Of a stretch of 64,000 bases of DNA, positions 26,404 through 63,491 are shown piece by piece. The number at the start of each line of letters is the position of its first letter. The stretch's first letter is position 1. A model generated the notes under the pieces. That model was not told where the DNA came from and did no database searches. It worked only from the letters and a program-made list of their open reading frames with translations. Source of the stretch: Paraspadella gotoi (Eukaryota; Animalia; Chaetognatha); assembly GCA_051294375.1 (NCBI GenBank), contig CM119265.1, positions 8,502,772 to 8,566,771 of the forward strand, in the 5' to 3' direction. Both the position numbers and the translations under genes were made by a program.

Positions 26404-27841
26404 AAGGGGGTTTGGGAGGTTAGTGCCTTAGTGGGTTAGAAGGAATTGCGGGGCTTTGGAGTTCTGGGTATAGGGATAAAAGTTATTTGCTCACGTGTCA
26501 CGAATTAAATTACTTGTTCCACCACATTCTCGTCAAAAGGGCGAGACGACGTTTATCTTGTCAGATTCATTTTCGATTTTTAATTTTCGCGAAAATAGCC
26601 ACCGACATTTTTTTTTTATTAATGACAAAAACGATATTAACATAATTGACTTTTCATTTTGATTGAAAGACTCGTTTTTTATATTTCTGTTTTTGCACAT
26701 GATGGTCCATAGTTGTATCCTCGTTACTTATTACTTACAACTAACTTCTAATTATTTTTTGAGCATTTCGTTTCTCTTAGAGCATTACAGTTTTGTAATA
26801 ACTTTTTGCAATGGGTTGGCCAGTATTAGAGAGAAGGAGAGAGATAAACAGATAGAGAGAGAGAACCGAGTGACCGCGACCGGCGACCGCCCACCGCCCA
26901 TGACATTTTTTTTTGTTTAAATGAGTTTCTTATTCGTACTTTATTCTATTAATTTTTGTATTTGTTTTAGCTTTCCAGTTATCTGTCTGCCCGTCCGTCT
27001 GTTTTTCTCAGAAGATGAAAATCTTAAATAGCTTCACTCACAGGTAATTTAGTCAGACTTGCCCTCGTCTCTGTCTCATCTTGACTCAATCTTATAAAAG
27101 AAGAAGGAACCTTCGCCTTTTGTTTCAAATACCCCAATTACCTCATCATAATGATTTATATCATCGTCTTCTGAGAACCAAATAGAACCTGCGGCTTTTA
27201 AAAGAATGTCTTGACAATCTACTACAGTTAACGTTTGCCAAATTAAAAAAAAAAATTTTGGATGTTACTCGTAAACTCGGACTTCCCCTTCCGAAATTTA
27301 ACTTAGGTGAAAGTAATTGAATATGTGTTTTTCTTTGTATTTTTTTATGTTTTCTTTCTTTTAAATTTTTATCTGTTGCCTCGCAAGGAATATATTTTAA
27401 GGCCAAGCTAAGCAACAAGTGAAAATTTTTTGAGATAAAGACGGACCGGAGCTCAATCTAACAGTGAAATTTAATATTACAAAAAATTATCGAAGAAGAA
27501 ACTCGTTATGATGAAAATAATACTAATTATAGTATTCTCCCTGAAAGCCTCTAGTTCCCTCGAAAAATTACAAATGCTTTTTTTTTATCTGTTAACTTAA
27601 TATACTAACGTTGCGAAACAAAATAGCAATCGGCGGGAAAAATTAAAAATCAAACGTAACTCTTGCTTCGTTAATTCCGGAAGTGGAAGCCCAAGTTCAC
27701 ACCTTCGCACCAATTGGTGTAACATTGTTTTCTTAACTTGAATGACTAGTAAGGGAAAAAGTCCATGGGCCGCCGGAGAAAAGAAGCGGATTTCTCCCTC
27801 AAGCCTGGTAATTATTAAAAGAGAATAGAAAATATACTACT

Positions 27842-28071
27842 ATGGCAACAGCCGGGTTGCCTCTGATGCCCATTGGGATGGGGCATCTCACTGTTGGCTT
27901 CGGGGGCTTCCGACCCTCAGTGACGCCTCTAGTCACAGGCGCGGTTACCCTAGGACGGTCTCGCTTTGCAAACGCCTCTGAAGTCGTTATGACTGTGGAT
28001 GGAACACAACGCCTGGGATGGTGTATTGGCTGAACGATGGTCGACGTGAGGCGGAGTCAATATACCGCCAC
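27842..28071 (-). mobile_element. Repeat family A, copy 1 (~230-nt structured dispersed repeat)
   Basis: Matches 32432-32671 and 52716-52915 with identical termini GTGGCGGTATATT...GCCAT. Confidence 0.9.
27893..27973 (-). ncRNA. Twister ribozyme, type P5 permutation (family A, best-preserved copy)
   Basis: GTTTGC(P5) AAA GCGA(P2') GA CCG(T1') TCCTAGGG(P1) TAA CCGC(P2) GC(T2) CTGTGAC-TAGAGGC-GTCACTG(P3) AGGG TCGGAAGC(L4) CCCC GAA GCCAAC(P5'). L4 CGG pairs CCG; L4 GC pairs T2. Confidence 0.72.
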
Positions 28072-28256
28072 ACTACGAAATTTATAGTAGAAACAGGTCG
28101 CTCGAAGGAAAAAGGGGGAAGCCGTCTGCAAGCGTTGGCCTAGCTCACTTTAAACCCTTTCTTCGATTAATTAATAACTGAAGCCTTCCCTCAAGTTTTT
28201 ACTCTCATCGCTATCTTTAGATTAAGAACTCTTATCCCACCTCCTCAAGAACTTAC

Positions 28257-29017
28257 CCTCCATGCAGTCGCAGCACGTGAAGCAGCAGCTGCAGTCGCAC
28301 ATGCAGAGGAAGACGCGATCTTTGCAGGTGATCTTTTCGTCTTTGATCTCGTCGGCGCCGCCCAACGGGCCTTTAAGGATGCGACGACCCCGAAGTCCGC
28401 CTGAGCTGCCGAGAACGAGATCGTCAATTACGGATCCGGATGCGCATTGACAGTAAGTTGGGGAGTTTCGTCAGAATCGGGGAACTCTTTAACTTAAGAG
28501 GGGAATTCTAATTGGCCGTATTTCCGTTTCCTAGAGCAAATAGCGTTTGAGGAATTTCGTGGTCTTAATTCACGCCAACCAAGAAGTCAGAGAGGCAAGA
28601 CACACACTTTCGCCACGCTGAAAAGAACTCGAATGACCCGGAATTATCGTGTAATATTTTCTCGTCATTTAATTAATTAATTACAAACTACCACTCCACT
28701 ACTCGACGATTATCGCCGGTAGTCAATCCTGGGTTGAGCTAAATTCTTGTTGGGCTTCCCCGGACAATCTATTCGACTCCTAATCCGTTTTTTTTTTTTT
28801 TAAATTTTAATATTTAATTTATTTTTTTACCTTGTCGCCAATTGGGCCGCCAAACGTCCTTCCGCCAATCAGTTTCCTCCGGCAACTCGATCACTTCGTC
28901 TTCCGAATTAAACTTGACTTTTCTATTTCTCGCCTCCGCATCCGCCGCCGCCGCCGCAGCTGCCTTCGTCGAAATCAACGACTTTTTCTTTTTCAAAATC
29001 GACTTCCGCTTCGGGGA
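28257..29017 (-). CDS. Exons of an unknown protein with PP1-docking motifs and a Cys-rich segment
   Basis: Exon 29017-28831: RKSILKK...RKVKFNSEDEVIELPEETDWRKDVWRPNWRQ (SILK and RVxF). Exon ending 28257 at G|GTAAGT: KITCKDRVFLCMCDCSCCFTCCDCME. Whether both belong to one gene is uncertain. Confidence 0.5.
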
Positions 29018-29789
29018 CTGAGAAGAGGGAGATATATTTCGTCTGTTCGTAAACTTAAAATTAAATCAAGTTGTTTTGAGCGACCTAGTAACTCGTTTGA
29101 CCAATCTTGACTAGATTTAACTTGTTTTAATGTTTTAATGTTTTAATGTAATTAGTTATGACTAGTCCGAAGTATTTCTTGATTTAAACTTTACTTGATT
29201 TATACTACTTAATAATACTTTATTATTTACCTAACTAGACCAAATTTGTCTCAAGTCGGCGATAATTAGTCTATGAGTCTAGTCTGGTTGAAAAATTATA
29301 AATTTTAAACCTCATTAAATTATTTAAAAATTAAAAGTTAAGCTGTTCGTTGACAGATATTAACCGTGGCTTGTCGTTGGGGGAATAAATCCCGGTGATT
29401 CGTTTTAATATTCGAAACCGTGAAATCAAAGGATCTCGAAGAAATTGGAAAAAGAGACACGGGCTCATTTTCTCTAATTTGTGCGAAAGAAAAAAAGGGG
29501 GAAGCGCCTGTTTCGCTCTGACGATCCCCCTTAATTCCTCTGTTGATCCTTTTTCCTAATGAGAAACTGATTCACGAAGTGACTGCGTGGGCGATCGAAG
29601 ATGAAAAGAAATGGTCAATCAAGTTTGAAATATAAAGAGAAATCTAGAGAGAAAGCAAGAGAGAAATCAAGAGAGAGATATTGAGAGGAATCTAAAGAAG
29701 AATTTAAAAAAAAAATTTTTGACAGGAATCGAGAGGGTGAAGAGAAAGTGATAATTGTTATGTGTTAGTGACAGAATCGTTCAATATAA

Positions 29790-29863
29790 GCAGTCCCTGT
29801 GCTTTGGATAAGGCTGTAACAGCGGGTTACAGGCGGGTTAAGCGCCCCGTCCCTCTTAACTGC
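29790..29863 (-). ncRNA. Twister ribozyme-like motif, type P5 (family B)
   Basis: GCAGTT(P5) AA GAGG(P2') GA CGG(T1') GGCGCT(P1) TAA CCC(P2) GC CTGTAAC-CCGCT-GTTACAG(P3) CCTTA TCCAAAGC(L4) ACAGG GACTGC(P5'). One T1 mismatch and an imperfect P4. Confidence 0.65.
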
Positions 29864-29864
29864 T

Positions 29865-29938
29865 TGGTGACCACCGGGCTAGAACCCTAGACCTTTGGGT
29901 TGGGAGGCGAATGACTTGCCTCCGGCACCAATGGCCGC
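29865..29938 (-). mobile_element. Degenerate tRNA-like head (SINE-like) immediately 5' of the family B twister
   Basis: GCGGCCA TTGGTGCCGGAGGCAAG...CGCCTCCCAACCC...AGGTC TAGGGTTCTAGCCCGG TGGTCAC CA: 74 nt, acceptor-like stem, A-box-like and B-box-like motifs, ends CCA. Confidence 0.55.
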
Positions 29939-30116
29939 TGATGAACGGTTGGTGGATTTTAGTCCACCATAAGGGCAATCTCGTGAGAAATCCAAAGAGA
30001 AATCTTAAGAAATTCTTGAAAGAAACTTGAGAGGAATCTAAAGAGAAATTTAGATAGTAATCTAGTAGAAATAAGTTTGAGTTTATTTGCAACAACGACT
30101 TTTATTAGTACATAAG

Positions 30117-30159
30117 GACGTACATGTTTCGGCTTTAGTTACAAGCCTTCTTCAGCGTC
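30117..30159 (-). ncRNA. Minimal type I hammerhead ribozyme, intact
   Basis: GACG CTGAAGA A GGCTT-GTAACTA-AAGCC GAAA CATG TA CGTC: stem I GACG/CGTC, core CUGANGA and GAAA, palindromic stem III ACATGT, GUA cleavage triplet. Confidence 0.85.
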
Positions 30160-30209
30160 ATAGAGAAAATTGTTTTGTGAACTTTTACAAATTATTGTGC
30201 AAAGGAAAA

Positions 30210-30297
<88 letters not shown>

Positions 30298-30497
30298 AGA
30301 GACAGGGCAATTGTGCAATGTATTGTTACTTATGTTCCTTTTTCTCTCTCTCTCTCTCTCCTCTCTGTCTCCTCCCTCTCTCTCAAAAATTTTTCACCAT
30401 TTAATTTCTTTTCACAGTCTAACTCAATCTGTCTTCACTTGACCTGTCCTCACATCTGACCACTATTCTTTTCTCACTCTGTGTTGGAAACTTTGCC

Positions 30498-30578
<81 letters not shown>

Positions 30579-30630
30579 TTTTCCTTTGCACAAATAATTT
30601 GTAAAAGTTCACAAAACAATTTTTCTCTAT

Positions 30631-30672
30631 GACGCTGAAGAAGGCTTGTAACTAAAGCCGAAACATGTACTC
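30631..30672 (+). ncRNA. Minimal type I hammerhead ribozyme, second arm copy (1-nt deletion in stem I)
   Basis: GACGCTGAAGAAGGCTTGTAACTAAAGCCGAAACATGTAC-TC. Confidence 0.8.
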
Positions 30673-32431
30673 CTTATGTACTAATAAAATCGTTGTTGCA
30701 AATAAACTCAAACTTATTTCTACTAATCCAAACACAACGAAAAGAAAGGAAATTCGCTATGCCTGATAGTAATCTATAAAAATCTAGCGCAGAAATGTGA
30801 AATTGAATTTAAAAAAAAATATAGATAGGAATCTACAGAGGAATCTAAAAGAAATCTTGAAAGAAAGGTAGCGAAAAAACTGGAAAGGAAGCAACTTTTT
30901 CCTTGAATTGATTTGGAAGAGATCAAGTGTTCAATTTGTTTTTCGAAACCCTTCAATTCCTCTGACAGACTGTCCTTATATCTTTACGACTTAACGTTCT
31001 TATGCTTAGGTAAAACCTGGGAAATTTTGTTATTGTAAATAAGAAAAAATACTAAAACAAAACAAAAAATAAAAAATCCTAATCTGTTAAAATAATACAA
31101 AAAAGGTATTCATTTTTCTACTTAATGAAAAAAAGCAGTATTACCAGTTAGTTTTTTTTTGTTGACATTTTTGTTTAATGGTATCGATTTTCCCCGTTCA
31201 CCTCCGACAGCGAAGAATCCGTTGACCGCGACATGACGTCCAGACGCCTTCAAAACTCTCTCTCTCTCTCTCTCTCTCTCGCTCTCTCGCTCTCTCGCTC
31301 TCTCGTGAAGAGAAGGCGGGATTATCTCCAAAAAAGGGGAGGTGATCGTTTTTCGAAGGAAGAGGTGATTGTTTTCAGTGTCTAGAGGTGATTCCTTCCT
31401 TTTTGTTTTCTCCGGCTCGCGTCTCTCCTCTTTTTTTTTTTCGGCGCCGCTAATTGATTCTCGAGCCGGCGGCGGCGCCCGACGCTGACCTCGGCGCGGG
31501 CGGCGTCATCCGCGCTGAATAATTGATTCTCTCTCTTCGCAAAACGAGGTAAGAGTCTTGGGTGAGTTATTTTTATTTTTTTTTGGTTGGGTGAATTTAG
31601 AAGGCACCTCGGATTTTCGTAATTTTGTTAAAAAATGCGGAAAAAATTTTTTTAGATCAATACTTTTTGTTTGGAAACTGAACCAGGAACATTTCTTTTT
31701 ATAAAGTAATTATTTTTTATTTATATACGTATTTTCTTTCGTTGATGGATTTAAATTTTACGTTGCGGTTTTAAGATCTAAACTTTTAAAACGAACCTCG
31801 TCAGTTTTCACTGTCACTATTTCGTATTAAGTAACGCGGAAAAATCCTCTTCAACATATACAATTTATTTGTAACCAGTCTTTCAAGAACAATTTTTTTA
31901 AAATTTGAATCTTTATTTAATCACTTCTACAATTTCCATTGATTCTCATTCAGATATCACGTTTCTATTTATTCTTTTCTCGCTCAGCCGCGTCAACCAT
32001 ATCTTTCACCTTTCCCCCCCCCCGCACAAACCACCCCAAAAAGGGGGTCCACCATGCGTTCCACCATTACTCTATCCCTATTCACCCACATCCGTCCACT
32101 TTCGCCTCCCACATTTCCACGCGCGAAAAAGAGGCGGCGCCTTTATTATTCGACTCAAAAACCCTGACGCCGTAACAGCGAAACTCTTCAGCGTCACATG
32201 TCGCCACGTTGAGCCACTTCCGGTCGTCGCATTCGCGCCAAGTCACATTCCGCGCTGACGCTAAAACATGCCAAGAGTTGGTGGCGCTGCAGGGACGTCG
32301 GTTAGAGCCCACCAGCTGAAAGATGCTCGGTGACATTGCAACTGAGGGAAAAATATAGCGCTTTTATTATTTAAAAGTTTTTACAATTCTATTTTTATGC
32401 CAATTTTATTCCAAAAGTAAACTAGGGAGCT

Positions 32432-32671
32432 GTGGCGGTATATTCACACCGCCTCATACATTGGCCAATACATTGGCTCAGAGGAGGAACACACCATCCC
32501 AGGCGTAGTGTTACATCCACAGTCATAACGACTTCCCTCTGCGTTGGCAAAGCGAAACCGTCCTAGGGTAACCGCGCGTAACTGGAGGCGTCACTGAGGG
32601 TCGGAAGCCCCCAAAGCCAACAGTGAGATGCCCCATCCCTATGGGCATCACAGGCAACCCGGCTATTGCCA
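32432..32671 (+). mobile_element. Repeat family A, copy 2; twister at 32543-32621 with the conserved G of GA changed to A
   Basis: GTTGGC AAA GCGA AA CCG TCCTAGGG TAA CCGC GC...AGGG TCGGAAGC CCCC AAA GCCAAC. Confidence 0.9.
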
Positions 32672-33432
32672 TAGACCTTTTTTTTATTTTTTTTATATCC
32701 GCATAACCTCCAATAATAAAATTCATAAGTAACATATAAGCTCAAATAGTTAAATATTGTGCTAAAAACGGAATAAAGACATCCTTGACAATCACGCTTA
32801 TCGCAAGAACTAACGTCGATTGTTCTTGTAATCCGGATCTTCGCAATCGATCCTCGCGCTGATTGCCACGCCCACCACTTGTTTCGGCGTCGGAAACTCG
32901 ACAAAGACGACGTAAGGCGGCGACGACCAATGCTTGGAAACCCACCCGACTTGCGCGTCGGCGCGAAAAGCTTCCGCGCCGGTGAATCGTTTGAAATGAC
33001 TATTGTCGCCAAAAATGGCACCGACGAAAGAAATCTTCGTCGCTGCGCGAGGGAAAAGGTAAGTTAATCATAGACGCGAGGATCTAGTTGAGGATGAACT
33101 CACCGCATGGAATATCCGCGTGATTCGCCTTACCCTCGAACGAAGATGCGCATTGAGTGTGAAACAAGGCGAGGGAGAATCTATACGGGAAGAAGAATAA
33201 TAAAAACGGAATCATATTTAATAAAATCAGGTAAATTATGTACTACGTAAATGGGACTAAATTTTGTCGCTTTTCTGTCCATCAGTGAAAATATTTTCAA
33301 AAGGAAATCGATTTGATGCGAGTGAATGATGACATAAGCAGGATTTTCAATCTGATGCCTCTGTTCTAAATTTCAGTGTCAAGCTAGAAAGAAGAAAATT
33401 TGATCCAAGACCAACGATAAATATTGAATAGT

Positions 33433-33779
33433 TGAGAGAGATTGAGAAAGAGATTGAGAAAGAGATTGAGAAAGAGATGTTGATAAAGAGATTGGAGAAA
33501 GAGATTGAGAAAGAGATTGAGAAAGTGATTGAGGAAGAGATTGAGAAAGAGATTGAGAAAGAGATTGAGAAAGAGATTGAGATAGAGATTAAGAAAGAGA
33601 TTGAGATAGAGATTAAGAAAGAGATTGAGATAGAGATTAAGAAAGAGATTGAGAAAGAGATTGAGAAAGAGATTGAGAAAGAGATTGAGAAAGAGATTGA
33701 GAAAGAGATTGAGAAAGAGATTGAGAAAGAGATTGAGAAAGAGATTGAGAAAGAGATTGAGAAAGATATTGAGAAAGAG
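33433..33779. repeat. 12-nt tandem repeat (GAGATTGAGAAA)n
   Basis: Roughly 28 units with internal variant blocks. Confidence 0.95.
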
Positions 33780-35160
33780 AACAAGCTCGTAATTTGCCTA
33801 AGCCACAACGTGACAGCGAGAGACATTTGTTCAATTTATTATTAACTTATGATGATTTAACTATCTCCGAGTTTCTCCAGAAAATTTTTCGATGCCTGAG
33901 CTCCGGTCGTTGCATAAAATCTGAACCAATGAAAAGAATACAATATTTTGTTTTGATAATCGATTTTGAAGAAACGACAAAAACGGTTTTTCGTCGTAAA
34001 ACCATTTTTCATCCCTTAATAAAAAGAAAAGATATTGTGATATCCAATGACTGAGGATACTTTGTAGTTAAGGTTCCAATTAGTAAAAAAAAGCTAACAA
34101 TCAATATTACAACAAGGGGTGGGCAAGACTAGTCAAAGATTAAAGGAAGGAAAAAATCTTTTGCCGCCTTCTGCTGTTTTTCTGTCTTTAAGCAATTGCA
34201 AAATGAAAAACGTCAAAACTAATGTTGCCCGACTGTGCCGGTTTTTTATTAAATCTAACTTTCCTGCCATCTCACTTTCACGCGTCGCGAATTTAATGCA
34301 GGTGAAAGAGGTCGCTTGCATCCGCTAAGACGCCGCCGCCACCGCCGCCACCGCCGCCGACTCCGCAGTTATCAGTGCTGCCGCCACACCGCCGCCACAA
34401 AAATGTCACGGCGCCAACAAAAAAAAATCTGGCCGATGCCAGATGAAACCGCGAAAAAACTGAAGGGATTTTCACACCACCCGTTTTGGCGAGGACGTAG
34501 AATCCAGTAAGGATGATTTAGAGAATGGACAGAGAAGATGAGAGCGGAGCAAGAGAGCAATCGAGGAATTGAGGTTGTCTGGTTTGGGGATATTTGGAGA
34601 TTTGATGAGAGAGATTTTGATGGATGATGAGGAGAGATGTGATGAAGAGAGTGTATTTACAATATATGTCTGTCCAGAAAAATCGTGATACTGGATCAGA
34701 TATATAACGGCGTTGTGATCAGTTTTTTCCTTCTTCTCCTTTTCTTTCACAAGTTTGTTTCTCTCCTCTCTCTCCCTTTTTTTTGATTTTCACAAATGAA
34801 TACTTTTCAAAATACTCAATTTTCTAAAGTAAGTATTCCTAAATTTTATTAGGATACATACATGATCTGGCAGAGTATATTCGGCGAATAGTTTAAATAT
34901 AAATTCATGAATATGAGCATTGATCATTGGGCAATGTTAGTTTTGAAACATCTTTGATTCTATATAATGAATAACTAAAATAATATAAAGAAAAATGACT
35001 TTTGAATGATTTATTTATCTTATGAAGCCTAATGAAAGTTTTAAAACTATTTAATCCGAACTAAAATATCCGTTCCAGGCACAAAGGCGGCTGTGACTCG
35101 GCAACGCCATCTATCCTTCACATTCTGTATAAAAAAAAGAACAAAGATAACAAAAGAACA

Positions 35161-61310
<26,150 letters not shown>

Positions 61311-61774
61311 AGGGCGCGGAGATGGTGATAAGGAGGCGGAATATCTTCTCTCCTCGCTTTATATGCAAACTGTGTGCGATCGGTTCATTTCCCCTGTTTG
61401 CAACTCGCGAAACTCGGGGAAGTAAAGAAGAAAAAAATGGATGGGTTGACGACAATTCTTTTTTGACGATTGCCCTTTTTTATTTAGTCTTTTAACTAAT
61501 ATATTTTACTAAATATATGTTTTTTAACTTATTTTTAAGTTTATTTATTTTTTTTATTATTTATAATTACGAATGTTTTTATCTAATTTATTTATTGTCA
61601 TACAATATTACCACTTGTGATAAACGTCTTGTGATACGTTTCGAGTACAATTTTTTTTTCTACTTTATGGTTTCAAAAAAAAAAAGTTTTGAAATTCTAT
61701 TTTCAAATAAAAGCATTACAATTTTTTCGTCATCTTCCCTCGCCTAAGGGACATTGCCCGTAATTTCAGTCAAG

Positions 61775-61846
61775 TTGATCAGATAGTTGATCAGATAGTT
61801 ATGATAGTTATGATAGTTATGATAGTTATGATCAGATAGTTATGAT
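61775..61846. repeat. Short tandem repeat (GATAGTTAT / GATCAGATAGTT)
   Basis: Visible 9- and 12-nt units. Confidence 0.85.
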
Positions 61847-63127
61847 TATTCGATTAGATAGTAGGGTGGAGTGATGAAAAGATTGAGCGATGGAACAATG
61901 CTTTTTTGCTGCCTTTGTATATATTATAAAAAATAATTAAACCCCTTTAAAAAAAAAAAATGCATAACAGTATCATTAATAGAATTTTTTTTATAGTAAT
62001 TAATGATACTGTTCCCCAAACAATATAAGCAAAATAATTTTTGTACTCCTTAATCATACTATCTCACGTCTAAATATCCTTGTTTGTTCACTCAAATAAA
62101 ATTTATGTTCCCCAGTGCTCCACTATATTAGATAGTATATATTTTTTAGCATTTGCTTATCGACTGTCATTTACTGACGCGCATGCGCGAACGTGCCATT
62201 TTTAGTCGTGTCCGCACGATGGCGATTTCTTCCTCCTAAATCCCGACTATCTCGACAGACATCAGGTCAAACGCTTAGGGGCCATTTGCTATCAAGTTAT
62301 GACATCCGATCCCCGTCACTGAATATCACCTTATCTCCTCATCACCGAATCACCTGGTGATTTCTCACCAAACGAAATCCTATCGAGATTTCGAAGAACA
62401 AAGTAAAACTCAGTTTGTACCGAGTCTGTACTTGTTTTAAACTCGGTGCAATCACCAAAGCCAGACACCACCTTCTCCCTTTCTCAATGTTTTGGCGCAA
62501 ATGAGGCGTGACCACATTCGAATCCCGGGACTTATGTCACGGAGGAAAGACGACTGAAAGGACGGCGACGTTGACGACAACTACGAAGACGATAGCAGCG
62601 ACCACGACGACGACTACAACGACGACGACGACGACAACGACGAGGACCCCCACCGCCTGAAACTGATCAAAACAAACGAATTGGTTAAATGCGACCAGAA
62701 ACGCATTCGAGCGTGATAATTTCATTTAATTTTTTCACGTATTGTTTAATTCATTTTTCCAACGACCACTCTTTTTAATTTTCGATTATTTTGCATCACG
62801 TCATTTGAAAACATCACACCATAAATGAACAAAGCTGCAGAGTGAAGTGTAAAACATAAAAACAGTGGATTTCAAATCGCGAGATTCTGTTTCTTGTGAA
62901 TAGAAAGTTAGAAAGTTTTAAAACTTGTTTCTAAAATTCTATTTAGAAATTGTTGTAAACAAATTTTTTAATTCGTCCGTCATTCGTCGATCTTAAAAGG
63001 AGTGGTTTCTACTTAATTCCTCGACTCCGGCCCACTCCTAAATCACATCCTCCCTCAGGGACGACGAACCTTTCCATTTCGCCCTAATTTCCTTTAAAAA
63101 AAAAAAAGAAAATAAAGAGCGCCAAAA

Positions 63128-63431
63128 ATGACGGAGTCCCTCCAACTTCCTCACGATTTTTCTCCTCAAAACTCGACCTCCAACATCTCGTCCACTCACT
63201 CCCCCTTCTCCTCAAACTCCTCGTCGACTCCGCTTTCAGTCGTCGTCGTCTTCTCGCTGACGACCTTCTTCGGTCTCATCGGCAACCTCCTCATCATCGT
63301 CGTTCTTCTCAAGGAGGCCGTCAGGCGGATGCAGTTCTTTCCTTACCTTTTCTTCATGGCCGTCTCGGGTGAGGGAAAAGGGAGACTTGAAAATGATGAC
63401 TTTTCTTTCTTTCTCTCTTTCTCTCTTTCTC

Positions 63432-63491
<60 letters not shown>

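Larger units (their letters stand above)
30063..30725. mobile_element. Inverted repeat (arms 30063-30310 and 30493-30725) carrying hammerheads; Penelope-like inverted pLTR remnant
   Basis: Arms are near-perfect reverse complements including a (GA)n/(TC)n tract, around a 180-nt spacer. Confidence 0.8.

Noticed and set aside
27507-27545. Box C/D snoRNA (ATGATGA...CTGA); similar at 33327-33356
   Set aside because: Too short and no terminal stem.
27842-28033. Repeated short ORF MATAGLPLMPIGMGHLTVGFGGFRPSVT as a peptide gene
   Set aside because: Antisense of the family A RNA; copies carry frame-breaking indels and conservation is explained by the repeat.
32420-32455. Helitron 3' end (hairpin plus CTAG-T) for family A
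   Set aside because: CTAG follows the hairpin only in copy 2; copies 1 and 3 diverge straight after GCCAC.
33347-33845. EKEI/SFSI repeat ORFs as proteins
   Set aside because: Translations of a 12-nt satellite with no splice sites or ATG context.
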